Positions 19,901 through 30,701 are shown, counted from the first letter of the stretch. The stretch is 64,000 nt of DNA from Nitrospirota bacterium (GCA_963845065.1 CAWJQQ010000005.1:288001-352000); one strand, 5' to 3'. Made by a program: numbers and translations. Notes: a model not told the origin generated them from the letters alone.

Positions 19901-19934
19901 CAAAAAGGGATTCATCGGTCTTTCGTTCCGACGT

Positions 19935-22900
19935 CTAAGCCGGTTGCGCGCAAGTCTCAGTTTCAACAGTCTGTATCATCTGGGATGCTTCTTTTTGAAG
20001 AATGAGAATGTCCCTGTTTGCGTACTTTCCGTCTATGACAGCGTTGAGCAGTTTTACTGCTTGAGCGGCTCTGCCAACATCAAGAAGGCGCTTTGCCGTA
20101 TTATGAATAAGGGGGAGAAAGCTGATGCGAATTTTCAGAAGCTTTTCGAAGTATTCGAACCCCTTTTGATTATTCCCTTCGATGCAATTGACTGCACCCA
20201 GCAACGCGACAGCAATAGGAAAATCCGCATTTTTTTTCATCAATTCGCTCAAAAAGAGTCTCGCGTTTTGTATGTCTCCGACGAGAATCTCGCAAAAGGC
20301 ATAATTCGTAACCGCTTCCTTTCGTTCCGGGGCGAGAGTAACAGCTTTTTTCGATGATTGAAGCGCATCGTGATAGTTTCCATTAAGCAAGTGCTGACCG
20401 CCTATGTTATAGTATGCTAACGATTCTTTCGGGTTGACCTCTATCACGCGTTTCCAGAGTGCAATGGCCTCCTCGTACTTGCCGAGCTCTCCAGCCTGAA
20501 TTGCCAACTCCATCATGGCTTTCATGTCGCCGCTTGTTTCCTCAAGTTTTTTGACTCCGAGCGCGTAATAGTGCTCCTGCTTGACTGCAAGTTTTTTCTG
20601 GTTCAATCTGCCTAGGTGATGTATTGGAATATGAATGAGTTCGATCTTTATTCCTAATCGTTTTATCGATGTCTCAACAAGTTCATGCACGGGATTTTCA
20701 AACCGGATGCAAGGATCATTCGGGAATAAGCGAACCTTCGTTGACGGGAGCCAACCGTTTCCTGCGGCCTCACGCTCGTATTTTTCCTCATTTGCCGACC
20801 ATCCCTCAACACTAAATAGCTCAGTGTAATTTCTCGTGATCAATGAATAACTCGCTCGTTCCGCTTTTTTCTTTGTTAGGATATTTTCCAGGATCGGATA
20901 GTCCAGCGGGGAAACCAGTTCATCGGCATCGAGCACGAATATCCAGTCACCGGATGCTTTAGCGAGTGAAGCGTTCCTTGCCTCTGCGAAATCGTCGTTC
21001 CACGAAAAATCGTAGACCTGTGCTCCATACGCGACTGCGATGTTCTTAGTCCGGTCCGTGGAACCTGTGTCAACGATGATTATTTCGTCCACGACCGGTG
21101 AAATGCTGTGAAGGCACCGCGCCAGGTATGGTTCCTCATTTTTTACAATCATGCAGAGTGAAAGACTTGTACGGTTATGAATAGTTTTGTCGATGATCTT
21201 CGGGCCGAGGCGGGCCCGTACCGTCAGTGCGGCCAACAGTAAGCCGTCATCCAAATCGAATTTGACTAAAACTTCCTGAATTACGCGCATCGCATCAGTA
21301 AACCGTTCCTGTTTTATGAGAGAATCTATTAGAAGAAAGAAGATTTTTTTGTGATTCGAATAAATCTCAATCGCGTCTCTCAGGATTATCTCTGCTCGAT
21401 TATACTCTTTCTGGACCGACACAGCTTCGTAATATCGTGATAACAGGTCGCTGGTAGTCGGAGAAAGGATGAAGCCTTTTTCGAGGAGATTCAGAGCTTC
21501 CTTTCTATTGTTTGCTGCCCATCTCATGACTCCGACGTTCGAATACGGCTCGCCGTAACCCGGATCAGCGGCTATCGCGCGCTGAAAGAAGTTTTCTGCT
21601 GTGTTTAAATCTCCTCTCTTGTAAGCGATAACGCCTTTTATATTAAGTGCAGGAGCCGATTGCCCATTCAATGACAGGATGACGTCGACTTGCTCTTCGG
21701 CTTCGGAATCTAAGCCCAAACCTTCTTTGCAAATGGCCATGATCTCGAGCTTATTGACATCGCGCTCATCGGACGGCATCTCCCGCATGACATCATAAGC
21801 TTCCTGAAACCGTTTCGCATCTACCAGCATCGATGACAGGGCATAATAAATTTTTTTCAGTTCCGGATGAAATCCAATGCCTCTGATGAGGAGATCAAAG
21901 GCCGTATTAATTTTGCCTAGATGACGCAAAATTTCGGCATTATCGAGAACCGCAATGGCATCCATCTGGTAGAGAATGTCTTTTTTGGTACTGAGCCCTG
22001 TCCATTTCCCGGTAAAGACACTTTTTGTTCTCGGCATATATGTCATTTTGCCGCAATTGTAGACGATAACGTCTGCAGCAATAAAATTTTGATGACCTTT
22101 CAGCGTAGATCGTAGGCAATAATCATCAAACATGTAACCGTTCCATCCGTACTGCTCATCGAATAAGCCAATCTCTAAGACGAGTGAATGCCGGAAAAGA
22201 ATGCAGAACCCATCAAGAGTTTTAACCGAGATCCTGCGATGCCGGTTTTGTTCGCGAAACAAATTTGCGAAGGATAGCAGTTGGCTCAAAGTCTGACAAT
22301 CTCCGGAAACAACATGCTGAGCACCACGCGCACGATTAGACATCGGCCCCACAATGCCCGAATTGGGTGAACTGTGTAAGCATTCCGACATTCCAGAGAG
22401 CCACCCCTTTGTGACAACGACATCATCGGAGATGACCACTACATACTCGCCCGAAGAAGCCCGCAACCCTCTATTGACACTGATTGTGCAATCTTGTGTA
22501 GAGCCGCCGACGAGAAATTTGTAGTGAGGGTTATCTTTAATGAGTTTTCTGATCCACTTGTTTGATTTACTATCTATTTTGTTTTCAGAGACGATGATGA
22601 TCTCGTGAGGTACGTCACTATGGTTCTTTATGCTTGCGATACATTGTTTGAGTTTCCGTATATCGCCAGACACCATAATAATGATGGAGGACAATCCTTT
22701 TGTTATCAGGCGTTCTGTTAGTTCTTCGCTTGACATCTGCCCTGACTCGGCCGCGAAGTTCTTGACCCGTTCCGGGCTGCTGACTTCTCTGCCGGCCAGT
22801 AGTGATCCCGGTTGATCTTTTAAAAGTGTTGTATTGTTTGCGGCAGTTGTCTTGTCTAGAAGAAGTTTGGTGGTGACCTCGATAAAACGAGGTGCGTATT

Positions 22901-24656
22901 CTCGGTAAAGACCATTTATTATAGCCTTGCCCAGAAGACGAAATTCTTCGATCGTGCAATCGTCCATACGGCTATAATTGAGTAACACTTCATCCCTTTC
23001 TGTCCATGGCACGTCATCATCCCGGTTAGTCCGCGCGATGCCGGCATCCTCGGTAATAAGATTGATAAGGCCGATTCGGTCTTTTCGTGCCTCCTGAATA
23101 TTGCCTGCTATCGCGGTCAACCGTTCGAATGGCAGATATCGGACTAACATCTTTTTGAACATGGCGGTCTGGTAGCGCGTGAGAATGATGCTGTTCTCTT
23201 TGCTCTGCGCAACCCGGTTGCTGTGCTCGATGCTAGCGGAGGAATCAAGGTATAGTCCGAGGTATTGTTTAATATGATGAAATTTCATCGTTTGAGAAAT
23301 CCTTAACCAAAATTCGTAATCCCCCGATGTTACCATCGACTCATCAAATAATCCATAAAGATCATGTACCGACCGCCGCCACATAGGCTGCGGTCCCATA
23401 AAACACCCCTTGCTAAGAAGGATAGTCCTGTCCCAGTCATGCCAGTTATAGAAGCCTACCGGTGTATGTTTCTCAAAAGTCTCGTTTTCCGTTTTTGTGA
23501 TGATGACGTCTGCATATACAAGGGCTATGTCTTGACGACTTTCTAATTCTTTGACCATTACGGCATATGCGTCTTTGCGGTGTCGATCGTCAGTGTTGGC
23601 ATTAGTAATATATTTTCCCGAGGAGGCCATTATCCCTCTGTTCCAAGCAGTGTAAACCATCTCTCTCTCGACTGTTCTTATGTATTTGATGTTGCGGTAA
23701 CTATTCTGAAATTCTTGAACAATAGCTTTTTCGTTCTGTTGTGATGCGCTATCGATGACGATAATTTCTATTTTATCCGCTATGGTCTGGGCCACCAAGT
23801 TCTCAAGGCACCCCTTGATAAATCGTTCAGAGTTATAGGTTGAGACAAGAGCAGTAATGAGGTACTTATTTGATATGTTATTTTGACATACGACGAGAGG
23901 CTCTCTCATGCCGTTACTACCAGAACTACGAATTGAAGCGGTATGATGAGTGCATTTGTAGGTCTTGGCCCGACCACTGTCAAAAAAATATTGTTTATAA
24001 TCAACCTTTGGGAAAATATTTAACTTTCCGCTCAGCGTTGCGTCAATGATTCTACGACCGGAAGATTCAAATGCGGCTTTAGCCATACGATACGAATGTT
24101 CGGAACGCTCCAGATCGGGAAGGTTCCAGCGCATTCCTTTTCCAAAATACTCAGGATGGAAATGATTAGGGTCGTCACCTTGTGACACTATCTCTTTATT
24201 TGGGTCGCCCGGTGTCACAAAGTGGTGATCGACGCCGATGAGGACCACTTCAGAGAAGCCCATGAAATATGCAAGTTGCATGGCAAAGTAGGTCACAGTC
24301 CACCCCTCGCATAGACCCTTACAAGGGTTGCTCGAAAAGATCCATGCAGGAAGACTCCTAATAAAAAACATATCTGCGGGTGGGTTAGGAAAAAATGGGC
24401 TCCCGTTGTTACTTAAGAACTTCGGAGCATTAACCTTCAGAATTTCGTCTGCGCTCTGCTCAATAACAAGAGGATTGACAGAAACATAATACGTCGGACG
24501 AAATTTCCAGCGATCAAACAGGAGAAAGATACGGTTCATACCAAAACATATCTCGTTTTCGAGAAATGAGAGGTCCATCTTGCCGAGACTGGGACCATTG
24601 CCGATGATAACGCAACGCTTACCCTTGTGAATATTTTCAAATTCTTCTAATTGCAT
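19935..24656 (-). CDS. Multidomain glycosyltransferase: Maf/DUF115-like domain, three GT2 domains, TPR repeats
   Basis: CVIIGNGPSL...LIGVD; GT2 motifs VSTYNSE/NANTDD, ISDDVVV, SLCMIVKNEE/LDADE; two TPR blocks. Confidence 0.88.
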   Translation of the reverse strand: MQLEEFENIHKGKRCVIIGNGPSLGKMDLSFLENEICFGMNRIFLLFDRWKFRPTYYVSVNPLVIEQSADEILKVNAPKFLSNNGSPFFPNPPADMFFIRSLPAWIFSSNPCKGLCEGWTVTYFAMQLAYFMGFSEVVLIGVDHHFVTPGDPNKEIVSQGDDPNHFHPEYFGKGMRWNLPDLERSEHSYRMAKAAFESSGRRIIDATLSGKLNIFPKVDYKQYFFDSGRAKTYKCTHHTASIRSSGSNGMREPLVVCQNNISNKYLITALVSTYNSERFIKGCLENLVAQTIADKIEIIVIDSASQQNEKAIVQEFQNSYRNIKYIRTVEREMVYTAWNRGIMASSGKYITNANTDDRHRKDAYAVMVKELESRQDIALVYADVIITKTENETFEKHTPVGFYNWHDWDRTILLSKGCFMGPQPMWRRSVHDLYGLFDESMVTSGDYEFWLRISQTMKFHHIKQYLGLYLDSSASIEHSNRVAQSKENSIILTRYQTAMFKKMLVRYLPFERLTAIAGNIQEARKDRIGLINLITEDAGIARTNRDDDVPWTERDEVLLNYSRMDDCTIEEFRLLGKAIINGLYREYAPRFIEVTTKLLLDKTTAANNTTLLKDQPGSLLAGREVSSPERVKNFAAESGQMSSEELTERLITKGLSSIIIMVSGDIRKLKQCIASIKNHSDVPHEIIIVSENKIDSKSNKWIRKLIKDNPHYKFLVGGSTQDCTISVNRGLRASSGEYVVVISDDVVVTKGWLSGMSECLHSSPNSGIVGPMSNRARGAQHVVSGDCQTLSQLLSFANLFREQNRHRRISVKTLDGFCILFRHSLVLEIGLFDEQYGWNGYMFDDYCLRSTLKGHQNFIAADVIVYNCGKMTYMPRTKSVFTGKWTGLSTKKDILYQMDAIAVLDNAEILRHLGKINTAFDLLIRGIGFHPELKKIYYALSSMLVDAKRFQEAYDVMREMPSDERDVNKLEIMAICKEGLGLDSEAEEQVDVILSLNGQSAPALNIKGVIAYKRGDLNTAENFFQRAIAADPGYGEPYSNVGVMRWAANNRKEALNLLEKGFILSPTTSDLLSRYYEAVSVQKEYNRAEIILRDAIEIYSNHKKIFFLLIDSLIKQERFTDAMRVIQEVLVKFDLDDGLLLAALTVRARLGPKIIDKTIHNRTSLSLCMIVKNEEPYLARCLHSISPVVDEIIIVDTGSTDRTKNIAVAYGAQVYDFSWNDDFAEARNASLAKASGDWIFVLDADELVSPLDYPILENILTKKKAERASYSLITRNYTELFSVEGWSANEEKYEREAAGNGWLPSTKVRLFPNDPCIRFENPVHELVETSIKRLGIKIELIHIPIHHLGRLNQKKLAVKQEHYYALGVKKLEETSGDMKAMMELAIQAGELGKYEEAIALWKRVIEVNPKESLAYYNIGGQHLLNGNYHDALQSSKKAVTLAPERKEAVTNYAFCEILVGDIQNARLFLSELMKKNADFPIAVALLGAVNCIEGNNQKGFEYFEKLLKIRISFLPLIHNTAKRLLDVGRAAQAVKLLNAVIDGKYANRDILILQKEASQMIQTVETETCAQPA

Positions 24657-24694
24657 AATAAATTTTCTCCTTAGTACGTACTACGGCAGGCACT

Positions 24695-25429
24695 TCATGC
24701 TGGATCACTTAAACATCCGCTGATACCTCCATCGATTGTCAGAACTGATCCTGTAATAAATCCTGCATTATTTCCGGCAAGGAACAGTGCAAGTTGTCCA
24801 ATTTCTTCAGGGATAGCAATACGCTCAAGGGGGTGGTAGTGCATAAGCGAATCATAACCAGAAGGGTTATCAATAAAGCCATCTCGAAGCATTTTCGTAT
24901 CAGTTGCAGCCGGAGAGATTGCATTTACCCTTATTTCAGGTGCAAGGTCAAGTGCCATAGACTTCGTCATAGTAACCAATGCACCTTTACTGGTAGCATA
25001 TGCGACAAAATTCCGCTTAGTAAGCTGAGCATGGATGCTGGCGATATTGATGATACTCCCTCGCGTTTCCCGCAATTCCTGGACGAAGAGAGTCGCAAGC
25101 CAGAACGGCGCTAAGAGGTTGGTATCTATGGTCTCGCTCCAGTCACTTCTAGTCATTTCAGTGCATGGCTTGACTACCTGAACAGCCGCATTATTAATGA
25201 GAACATCAAGCCTATTGCCGGTTAAAGCAAGAACATCCTTATGAAGCTGCTCGGCAACGTCTTCAGAATGCGCTAGCCTGCTTAAATCGCACCGGATGTA
25301 TTTATGGGCAAACGCCTTAACAACGATACGGTCGATGCCGACCACGAGAAAGCCAGCCTTGCTAAATACTTCGCATATAGCCGTGCCGACGCCGCCGCAT
25401 GCGCCTGTAATGAGAGCCACCTTATTCAT
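24695..25429 (-). CDS. SDR family oxidoreductase
   Basis: TGACGGVG, NNAA, YATSK. Confidence 0.92.
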   Translation of the reverse strand: MNKVALITGACGGVGTAICEVFSKAGFLVVGIDRIVVKAFAHKYIRCDLSRLAHSEDVAEQLHKDVLALTGNRLDVLINNAAVQVVKPCTEMTRSDWSETIDTNLLAPFWLATLFVQELRETRGSIINIASIHAQLTKRNFVAYATSKGALVTMTKSMALDLAPEIRVNAISPAATDTKMLRDGFIDNPSGYDSLMHYHPLERIAIPEEIGQLALFLAGNNAGFITGSVLTIDGGISGCLSDPA

Positions 25430-25510
25430 GCTGTTTTTTCCAGTAAGAGGCCGAAATCACCAATATTTGTTTTCCAGATTATCATTATAAAAGGCAGGTT
25501 ATAAACCATA

Positions 25511-26443
25511 TCATTCAACTCCGAGAAAATTAAATAATACCTGTATAGCGCGTTCACTGGTGCGCCGTACCGCTTCATCCGTATTTGATGCGTTATGAGA
25601 ACCGAATATACATTTTTTGAAATGTAACAAGGGAGACTCCGCTGGCAGCGGCTCTATCTCCATAACATCAAGCGCTGCCGAATGAACAATACCTGATTGT
25701 AAAGCCTTAATAAGTGCAGATTCATCTATAAGCGGACCTCTCGCGACGTTAACTACACGCACACCCTTTTTGACAGTTGACAGTATTTCCGAATTTAACA
25801 TATGGTAATTATCCGGTGTCAGCGAACAGGTAAACACGATAAAATCGGCATCCTCGATTTTGTCAGGCCACATTGCATATTTGACCTCCTCCGTAAAGGT
25901 ATGAGACTGCAATAGCGGATCATACACAATAACGTGCATATCGGCTACTAGCAACCGCTTTACAAGATTCTTTCCTATATCCCCGCATCCCACCAGTGCC
26001 ACAGTCTTGTCAGCGAGAGAAACGCCACAAGGCTTTGGCCACCTGCCAGACTGCACCTCGCTGTTTATAAAGAAGGACTCGCGCGCCAAGCCTGTAATGT
26101 ACGACATTGCTAGATCGGCAACTTCCTTGCCGAACATATGGGGGATATTAGAAATAGGAATGTCAAGATCCTTCGCAGCATTGAAATCGATATTGTCCAC
26201 ACCTATTCCCCATTTCACCGCTGCCCGTAGGCATCCTTTTTTCCCCGCTTCGAAGACCTCTCGCGTTGCGGGATCATCACCGATAATCCATCCTTCATAT
26301 TGTGGCACGAGTTCCTTCAGCTCATTATCGGTAAGTATTTGGACAACGTTAGGACAATATATCTTGATTCCTTTATTACTGAAGAAGTGTTCAAAGTTAT
26401 CCATCATTTTCAACATCGGGGGACATGTAATCAACACTTTCAT
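25511..26443 (-). CDS. D-2-hydroxyacid (phosphoglycerate-like) dehydrogenase
   Basis: GIGVDNID, GCGDIG, NVARG, LDVMEIEP, SHNAS. Confidence 0.9.
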   Translation of the reverse strand: MKVLITCPPMLKMMDNFEHFFSNKGIKIYCPNVVQILTDNELKELVPQYEGWIIGDDPATREVFEAGKKGCLRAAVKWGIGVDNIDFNAAKDLDIPISNIPHMFGKEVADLAMSYITGLARESFFINSEVQSGRWPKPCGVSLADKTVALVGCGDIGKNLVKRLLVADMHVIVYDPLLQSHTFTEEVKYAMWPDKIEDADFIVFTCSLTPDNYHMLNSEILSTVKKGVRVVNVARGPLIDESALIKALQSGIVHSAALDVMEIEPLPAESPLLHFKKCIFGSHNASNTDEAVRRTSERAIQVLFNFLGVE

Positions 26444-26465
26444 CTGTTCAACTCCTCGTTAGTGA

Positions 26466-27161
26466 TTATCCTTTGTCTTTTGCTGCTGCTAAAATTTCGG
26501 CAAGGTCCCACTCAGCCTGATCATTAATATCTACAGACTCAAGAAGGGGTGTTTCAAACAAAATCGGCTTCCTGCCTATCCGCGCTTTGGTGGAGTAGAA
26601 GCTTTCCGCGGTAAAAATGTAAAGGCTTGAATTCTCTTCAAACCACGGCTCCAAGTCTTGCGTTCTTAAAAGGTTATTTGGATCGTGGTTTATAGGACTA
26701 CAATCTTTTCTATAGAACCTAGATTGAACACGATTAACAGTAAACAGGGAATCAGCCTCACCTGTTGACTCGGCCGCTATAAACTTGTCAAGAGCCTCCT
26801 TGATGGTTTTCGCGCCTAATAGTGGGTTTGTGGTGTGTGTCATGATATAAATGTCCGCTGGAACACCAGTGATATCGTCCTCAATGATACGATTCATACT
26901 AATGAAATCGCCGCATATATCCCGACGCCGATCTCGGATGAGTACTCGTTCAGAACTCATCAAACCATTCTCCGTCAGAACATCGCGTGCATCAGTGTTA
27001 ATTACTACTAAATCGATATCTTGTATCGCTATTAATGTATCCAGAATCCAACGAAACAGCGGTTTCCCGGCAAGTGGCCGAAAGTTCTTGCCTTTTACGC
27101 GCACGCTGTTAAATTTCATCGGCAATAATGCCGCAATTTTACTCCGACGGTTGTTTGTCAC
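26466..27161 (-). CDS. Acylneuraminate (ulosonate) cytidylyltransferase family protein
   Basis: PMKFNSVRVKGKN, HTTNPLL, RTQDL, EENS, DIND; likely GTG start at 27161 with AGGAG RBS. Confidence 0.88.
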   Translation of the reverse strand: MTNNRRSKIAALLPMKFNSVRVKGKNFRPLAGKPLFRWILDTLIAIQDIDLVVINTDARDVLTENGLMSSERVLIRDRRRDICGDFISMNRIIEDDITGVPADIYIMTHTTNPLLGAKTIKEALDKFIAAESTGEADSLFTVNRVQSRFYRKDCSPINHDPNNLLRTQDLEPWFEENSSLYIFTAESFYSTKARIGRKPILFETPLLESVDINDQAEWDLAEILAAAKDKG

Positions 27162-27810
27162 TATTGTTCTCCTGTATCCGATTTTCCCGGGGGATAAGGA
27201 CTGCACGACAGGGTGCACCCTCAGCCCCTTTTATTTTTAAGGGAAGGCAATAGAGATCATACCAGCCTTCTGCAGCATGGCTTAGATTAAGTCCCTCAAT
27301 GACTGCAATGCCTGCCGAAAGTATGGCTGCATGCACAGTCCTTCCGTCAGGGTACGGACCTATCGATAGATAGTCAATGCCTATGAGTCTTGCTTCTTTG
27401 CGAACAAGCCAGCGTGCACCTTCCTCGTTAAGTGCGACAAACCCTACTTTAAAATCCCTCTCCCTCCAAAGCGCGGAGTTTTTCGTCATAAATAGAATGC
27501 GATTTGCTTCATGAGGTATGTTGCTGGAGATTAGAGCTTCTTCATCTATCATTGAGGCGTTTCTGAGGTCTACCACGTAAGCGGGGCCGCAAAGGGCATC
27601 AAGCGACATCTCGTCAACTGGAGAGCCGTTACTTAGAAAATGAAGCGGCGCGTCCACATGTGTGCCGGCGTGCATACAGCAGGTAAAGGCCGAGCTATTA
27701 GAGTTGTCCCCATCATCGGTCCGTTTTATCCAGTTATGCCTGAACCCTAGGCTACCCGGCCAGACCGGGGTGCTACTATCAAGTGGAACCGATATATCAA
27801 TGATGGTCAT
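27139..27810 (-). CDS. Cyclase / kynurenine formamidase family metallohydrolase
   Basis: HAGTHVDAPLHF, IGIDYLS, EGAPCRA. Confidence 0.9.
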   Translation of the reverse strand: MTIIDISVPLDSSTPVWPGSLGFRHNWIKRTDDGDNSNSSAFTCCMHAGTHVDAPLHFLSNGSPVDEMSLDALCGPAYVVDLRNASMIDEEALISSNIPHEANRILFMTKNSALWRERDFKVGFVALNEEGARWLVRKEARLIGIDYLSIGPYPDGRTVHAAILSAGIAVIEGLNLSHAAEGWYDLYCLPLKIKGAEGAPCRAVLIPRENRIQENNSDKQPSE

Positions 27811-28756
27811 AATCTATCCTTAGAGAGACGTCGTCTATAGCCATTCCCTTTTTGTGCCGATAGAAGCCATCCGGGTAGTAGAACCTGTTTCTGAGCTGTG
27901 CAGATATTAATCCGCTTTGCCTGAAACCTATGTATGTCCCCCAGAACTGCATGAGTCGGAAGACGGGGATTGAGAAAAGATTTTTAAAAAGAACTTGGTC
28001 CTGGATGGCGTGGAAGTAATCTATAAAAACATTGCCGATAAAGAGCTTGAAAAAATCATTGAGATTGAAGCGTTCATGAGTATATATACTCTTGAAGGCT
28101 ATGGCCTCACGTCTATACCGATTGTAAATCTTCTTTGATGTCTCATTGTGCACATGAATTACTTCCGCCTTTGCATTGTAGATGATTTTTTTCCCGAGAG
28201 AAGTGACCTTGTTTGCCCAATCTAAATCCTCAAGCCCAGTGAGCTCTTCGTTGTACGGCAGGCTTTTCCAAAGCGAACGACGTATAGCAGAATTCGCATT
28301 ATTGCAGAATGGATGCCGTTGCTGGTACATGGATTCATCTGGGAACCATTTTTTGAAAATCTGGCGCTCGGTAAATTGCGACCTCTCGTCACCTCGCTGC
28401 TTACCATAAACTATGGCCACGTCTTGGTCTTGGAAGGGGAAGAGAAGGCAATCGAGCCAGTCTTTACGCACAGGATAAACATGTGCACTGGCAATAACCA
28501 CGATGTTTGCGGTCGCTGCTGCGCAGCCGATATTAAGTGCGCGTCCGAAGGAGAATTCCTCCGATTTGACGTGAATGATCTTTGCTGGAAATCGATTGGC
28601 TATGGAGAGGGTCGCATCCGTCGAACCCGAATCAACAATTATTATCTCCACATCCTTGACGGTTTGCATCATCACACCCGCAAGCATCCTACCTATTTGC
28701 AGCTCCTCGTTATAGCACCGAATGACAAGGGAACATTTTGGGTTCTTATTTTCCAT
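27797..28756 (-). CDS. GT2 glycosyltransferase
   Basis: VIRCYNEE, VDSGSTD, FSFGRALN, NNANS, LEDLDWA. Confidence 0.9.
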   Translation of the reverse strand: MENKNPKCSLVIRCYNEELQIGRMLAGVMMQTVKDVEIIIVDSGSTDATLSIANRFPAKIIHVKSEEFSFGRALNIGCAAATANIVVIASAHVYPVRKDWLDCLLFPFQDQDVAIVYGKQRGDERSQFTERQIFKKWFPDESMYQQRHPFCNNANSAIRRSLWKSLPYNEELTGLEDLDWANKVTSLGKKIIYNAKAEVIHVHNETSKKIYNRYRREAIAFKSIYTHERFNLNDFFKLFIGNVFIDYFHAIQDQVLFKNLFSIPVFRLMQFWGTYIGFRQSGLISAQLRNRFYYPDGFYRHKKGMAIDDVSLRIDYDHH

Positions 28757-28919
28757 ATTATTTCTTGGAGGGTCTCATTGAGAATGTCAAACTTTTATTT
28801 AAATTGTCCGATTTGGCATCACCTATTAGCTTAACAAAATACGGTTAGCACCCGTCTTACCGGGTAGATATTTGTATGGCACAGCATGTGTAGGAATTGT
28901 CTGCACTAAAAACTCCATT

Positions 28920-29078
28920 GACCTTACTTCAACTAGTTACGCCGAACAAAATCACGGTGACCATGAACGAAATGGTTGTACGCAATAGAAGATAGCCAAC
29001 CACATGAAGCGCTTTGCAGGCACGCAACTCGATATGGCCAGTGCTACCCGTAAGTAGCATAAGTCGTCCTGTCGTCAT
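28920..29078 (-). pseudogene. Remnant 5' fragment of UDP-glucose 4-epimerase (galE-like)
   Basis: MLLTGSTGHIELRACKALHVVGYL, then after a frameshift IAYNHFVHGHRDFVR*, parallels the GalE N-terminus. Confidence 0.6.
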
Positions 29079-29501
29079 ATCGTTGCCAAATCCCCGCCGT
29101 AATTGCAACTTTCGGAATAAAAAAGATTGGGGGATAGAGAATCATATTTTCCACCGAATCTCGTGACGCCTAATAATCATGCAATATTGATACCCTATTA
29201 ATCTCTATTAGGACTTAAATTCTATAAATATATATCTAATTGAATATGCATGTTTTTTTTATTGTCAGATTAATCGCAGAATATATTGTAAGTCAATATG
29301 ACAAATTATTGACACATTATGTTCAAATTTTCTGGTGTAGCAAGGTGTGTCACAGAGAATTGAGGCTCAAACTGGATCAACCTCTACACCCATAAATCAA
29401 TATTTCTTATAGAAGTCTTATGAATGTACCCTTGTAATGGATTTAACAATAATTACCTAACACTTCGAATTTATAATATAGGTCAAATTTATGACATACT
29501 T

Positions 29502-29528
29502 ATAGAAATTATATGATAGTACCGATAA
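29502..29528 (+). promoter_or_regulatory. Possible sigma28 promoter of the fliK-like gene
   Basis: ACCGATAA -10 at 29521 matches the flagellin promoter; -35 is poor. Confidence 0.4.
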
Positions 29529-29615
29529 GATTAATGGAGGAATAACAATTCCTAAAGGAGTCCAATATGAACGTATCCGTGATTATGAGATCTTCCTGAT
29601 GTTGTTCTAACCAAA

Positions 29616-30701
29616 ATGCAAATACCATCAATCCCACAGACTAACCAGGATTCCACCCTGCTCGTTAGCGCCAAAAATGTTCCGACCCTCCAGGAAGGCG
29701 AGATCGTACAGGCAGAAGTCCTTACCGTTACTGATACCGCTGTCGCAATCAGGATGAAAAATTCAATTCTTGAAGCGAGCACGGATCTCCCGCTCAAACA
29801 AGGCGAGGTCCTCACTATGCTCGTAGAAGAAGCGGGGCAGGACATGCGGCTCCGTCTGATCCAGGAAGATGGAGGAGGACCAGCGTCGATCAAGAGCACC
29901 GTTCTGTCGGCACTCAATGCGCTCAAAGAACTAAAGCCCGCAGCTGCGGATATGAAGGTGCTTAGTTCTTTCATCGAGGCCATGCCTCAGGCAGTAAAAG
30001 AATCGCTTCCCGGCCTGAGCGTGCTGGAGAAGATGGTGGTTTCTGTTGAAGATTTGTCAGGCAGCGTGTTGAAGGCCGCGGTTCAGGATTCGGGAGTGCT
30101 ATTTGAAGCGAAGCTAAGGCTTCTCATACTGGGAGAAGGGCAGGAAGATACGGAACTGAATCAGAAATTGCAGACGCTGACAAGCAGCGACATGAAGGCA
30201 GCGCTCCTGAGCCTGAGGGAGCAACTGGATAACAGCACGGTCGCAAACCGTCTGCTACAAAACGGTGTAAGTGCAGATACGCTGACGGCTGCAATCGATA
30301 CAGTTCTCAAAAATATCGAGCTTTTACAATTGCAATCACGGCTCAGCGATACGCTCCAGGTATTTGTTCCTTTCGTCTGGAAAGACCTCAAAGATGGCGA
30401 GCTTGTTTTTCGGGAATCGGATCGAGACAAGCCGGGCGAAGAAGCGTATTCCTGTACGGTGAATCTGGATCTCGAGCGCGTTGGCAAGACGAGCGCGCGG
30501 CTGCTGCTTCAGTCCGGAAAAATCTACGCTGATGTGCTGACGGAAAAAGAAGATTTTTTTCAGCTGCTACGGGATAACGCTATGCTTTTCAGAAAACAGG
30601 CCGACGCTGCGGGAATCAAGCTGGCAGGCTTCACGATCCATCATACAACTAGGATTGAGAACAAACCCCCTCAGGCAGGAGGTCTTAATATTCACATATG
30701 A
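29616..30701 (+). CDS. FliK-like (hook-length control family) protein
   Basis: AAVQDSGVLFEAKL; C-terminal LDLERVG; coupled to an FlhB-like gene. Confidence 0.7.
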   Translation: MQIPSIPQTNQDSTLLVSAKNVPTLQEGEIVQAEVLTVTDTAVAIRMKNSILEASTDLPLKQGEVLTMLVEEAGQDMRLRLIQEDGGGPASIKSTVLSALNALKELKPAAADMKVLSSFIEAMPQAVKESLPGLSVLEKMVVSVEDLSGSVLKAAVQDSGVLFEAKLRLLILGEGQEDTELNQKLQTLTSSDMKAALLSLREQLDNSTVANRLLQNGVSADTLTAAIDTVLKNIELLQLQSRLSDTLQVFVPFVWKDLKDGELVFRESDRDKPGEEAYSCTVNLDLERVGKTSARLLLQSGKIYADVLTEKEDFFQLLRDNAMLFRKQADAAGIKLAGFTIHHTTRIENKPPQAGGLNIHI

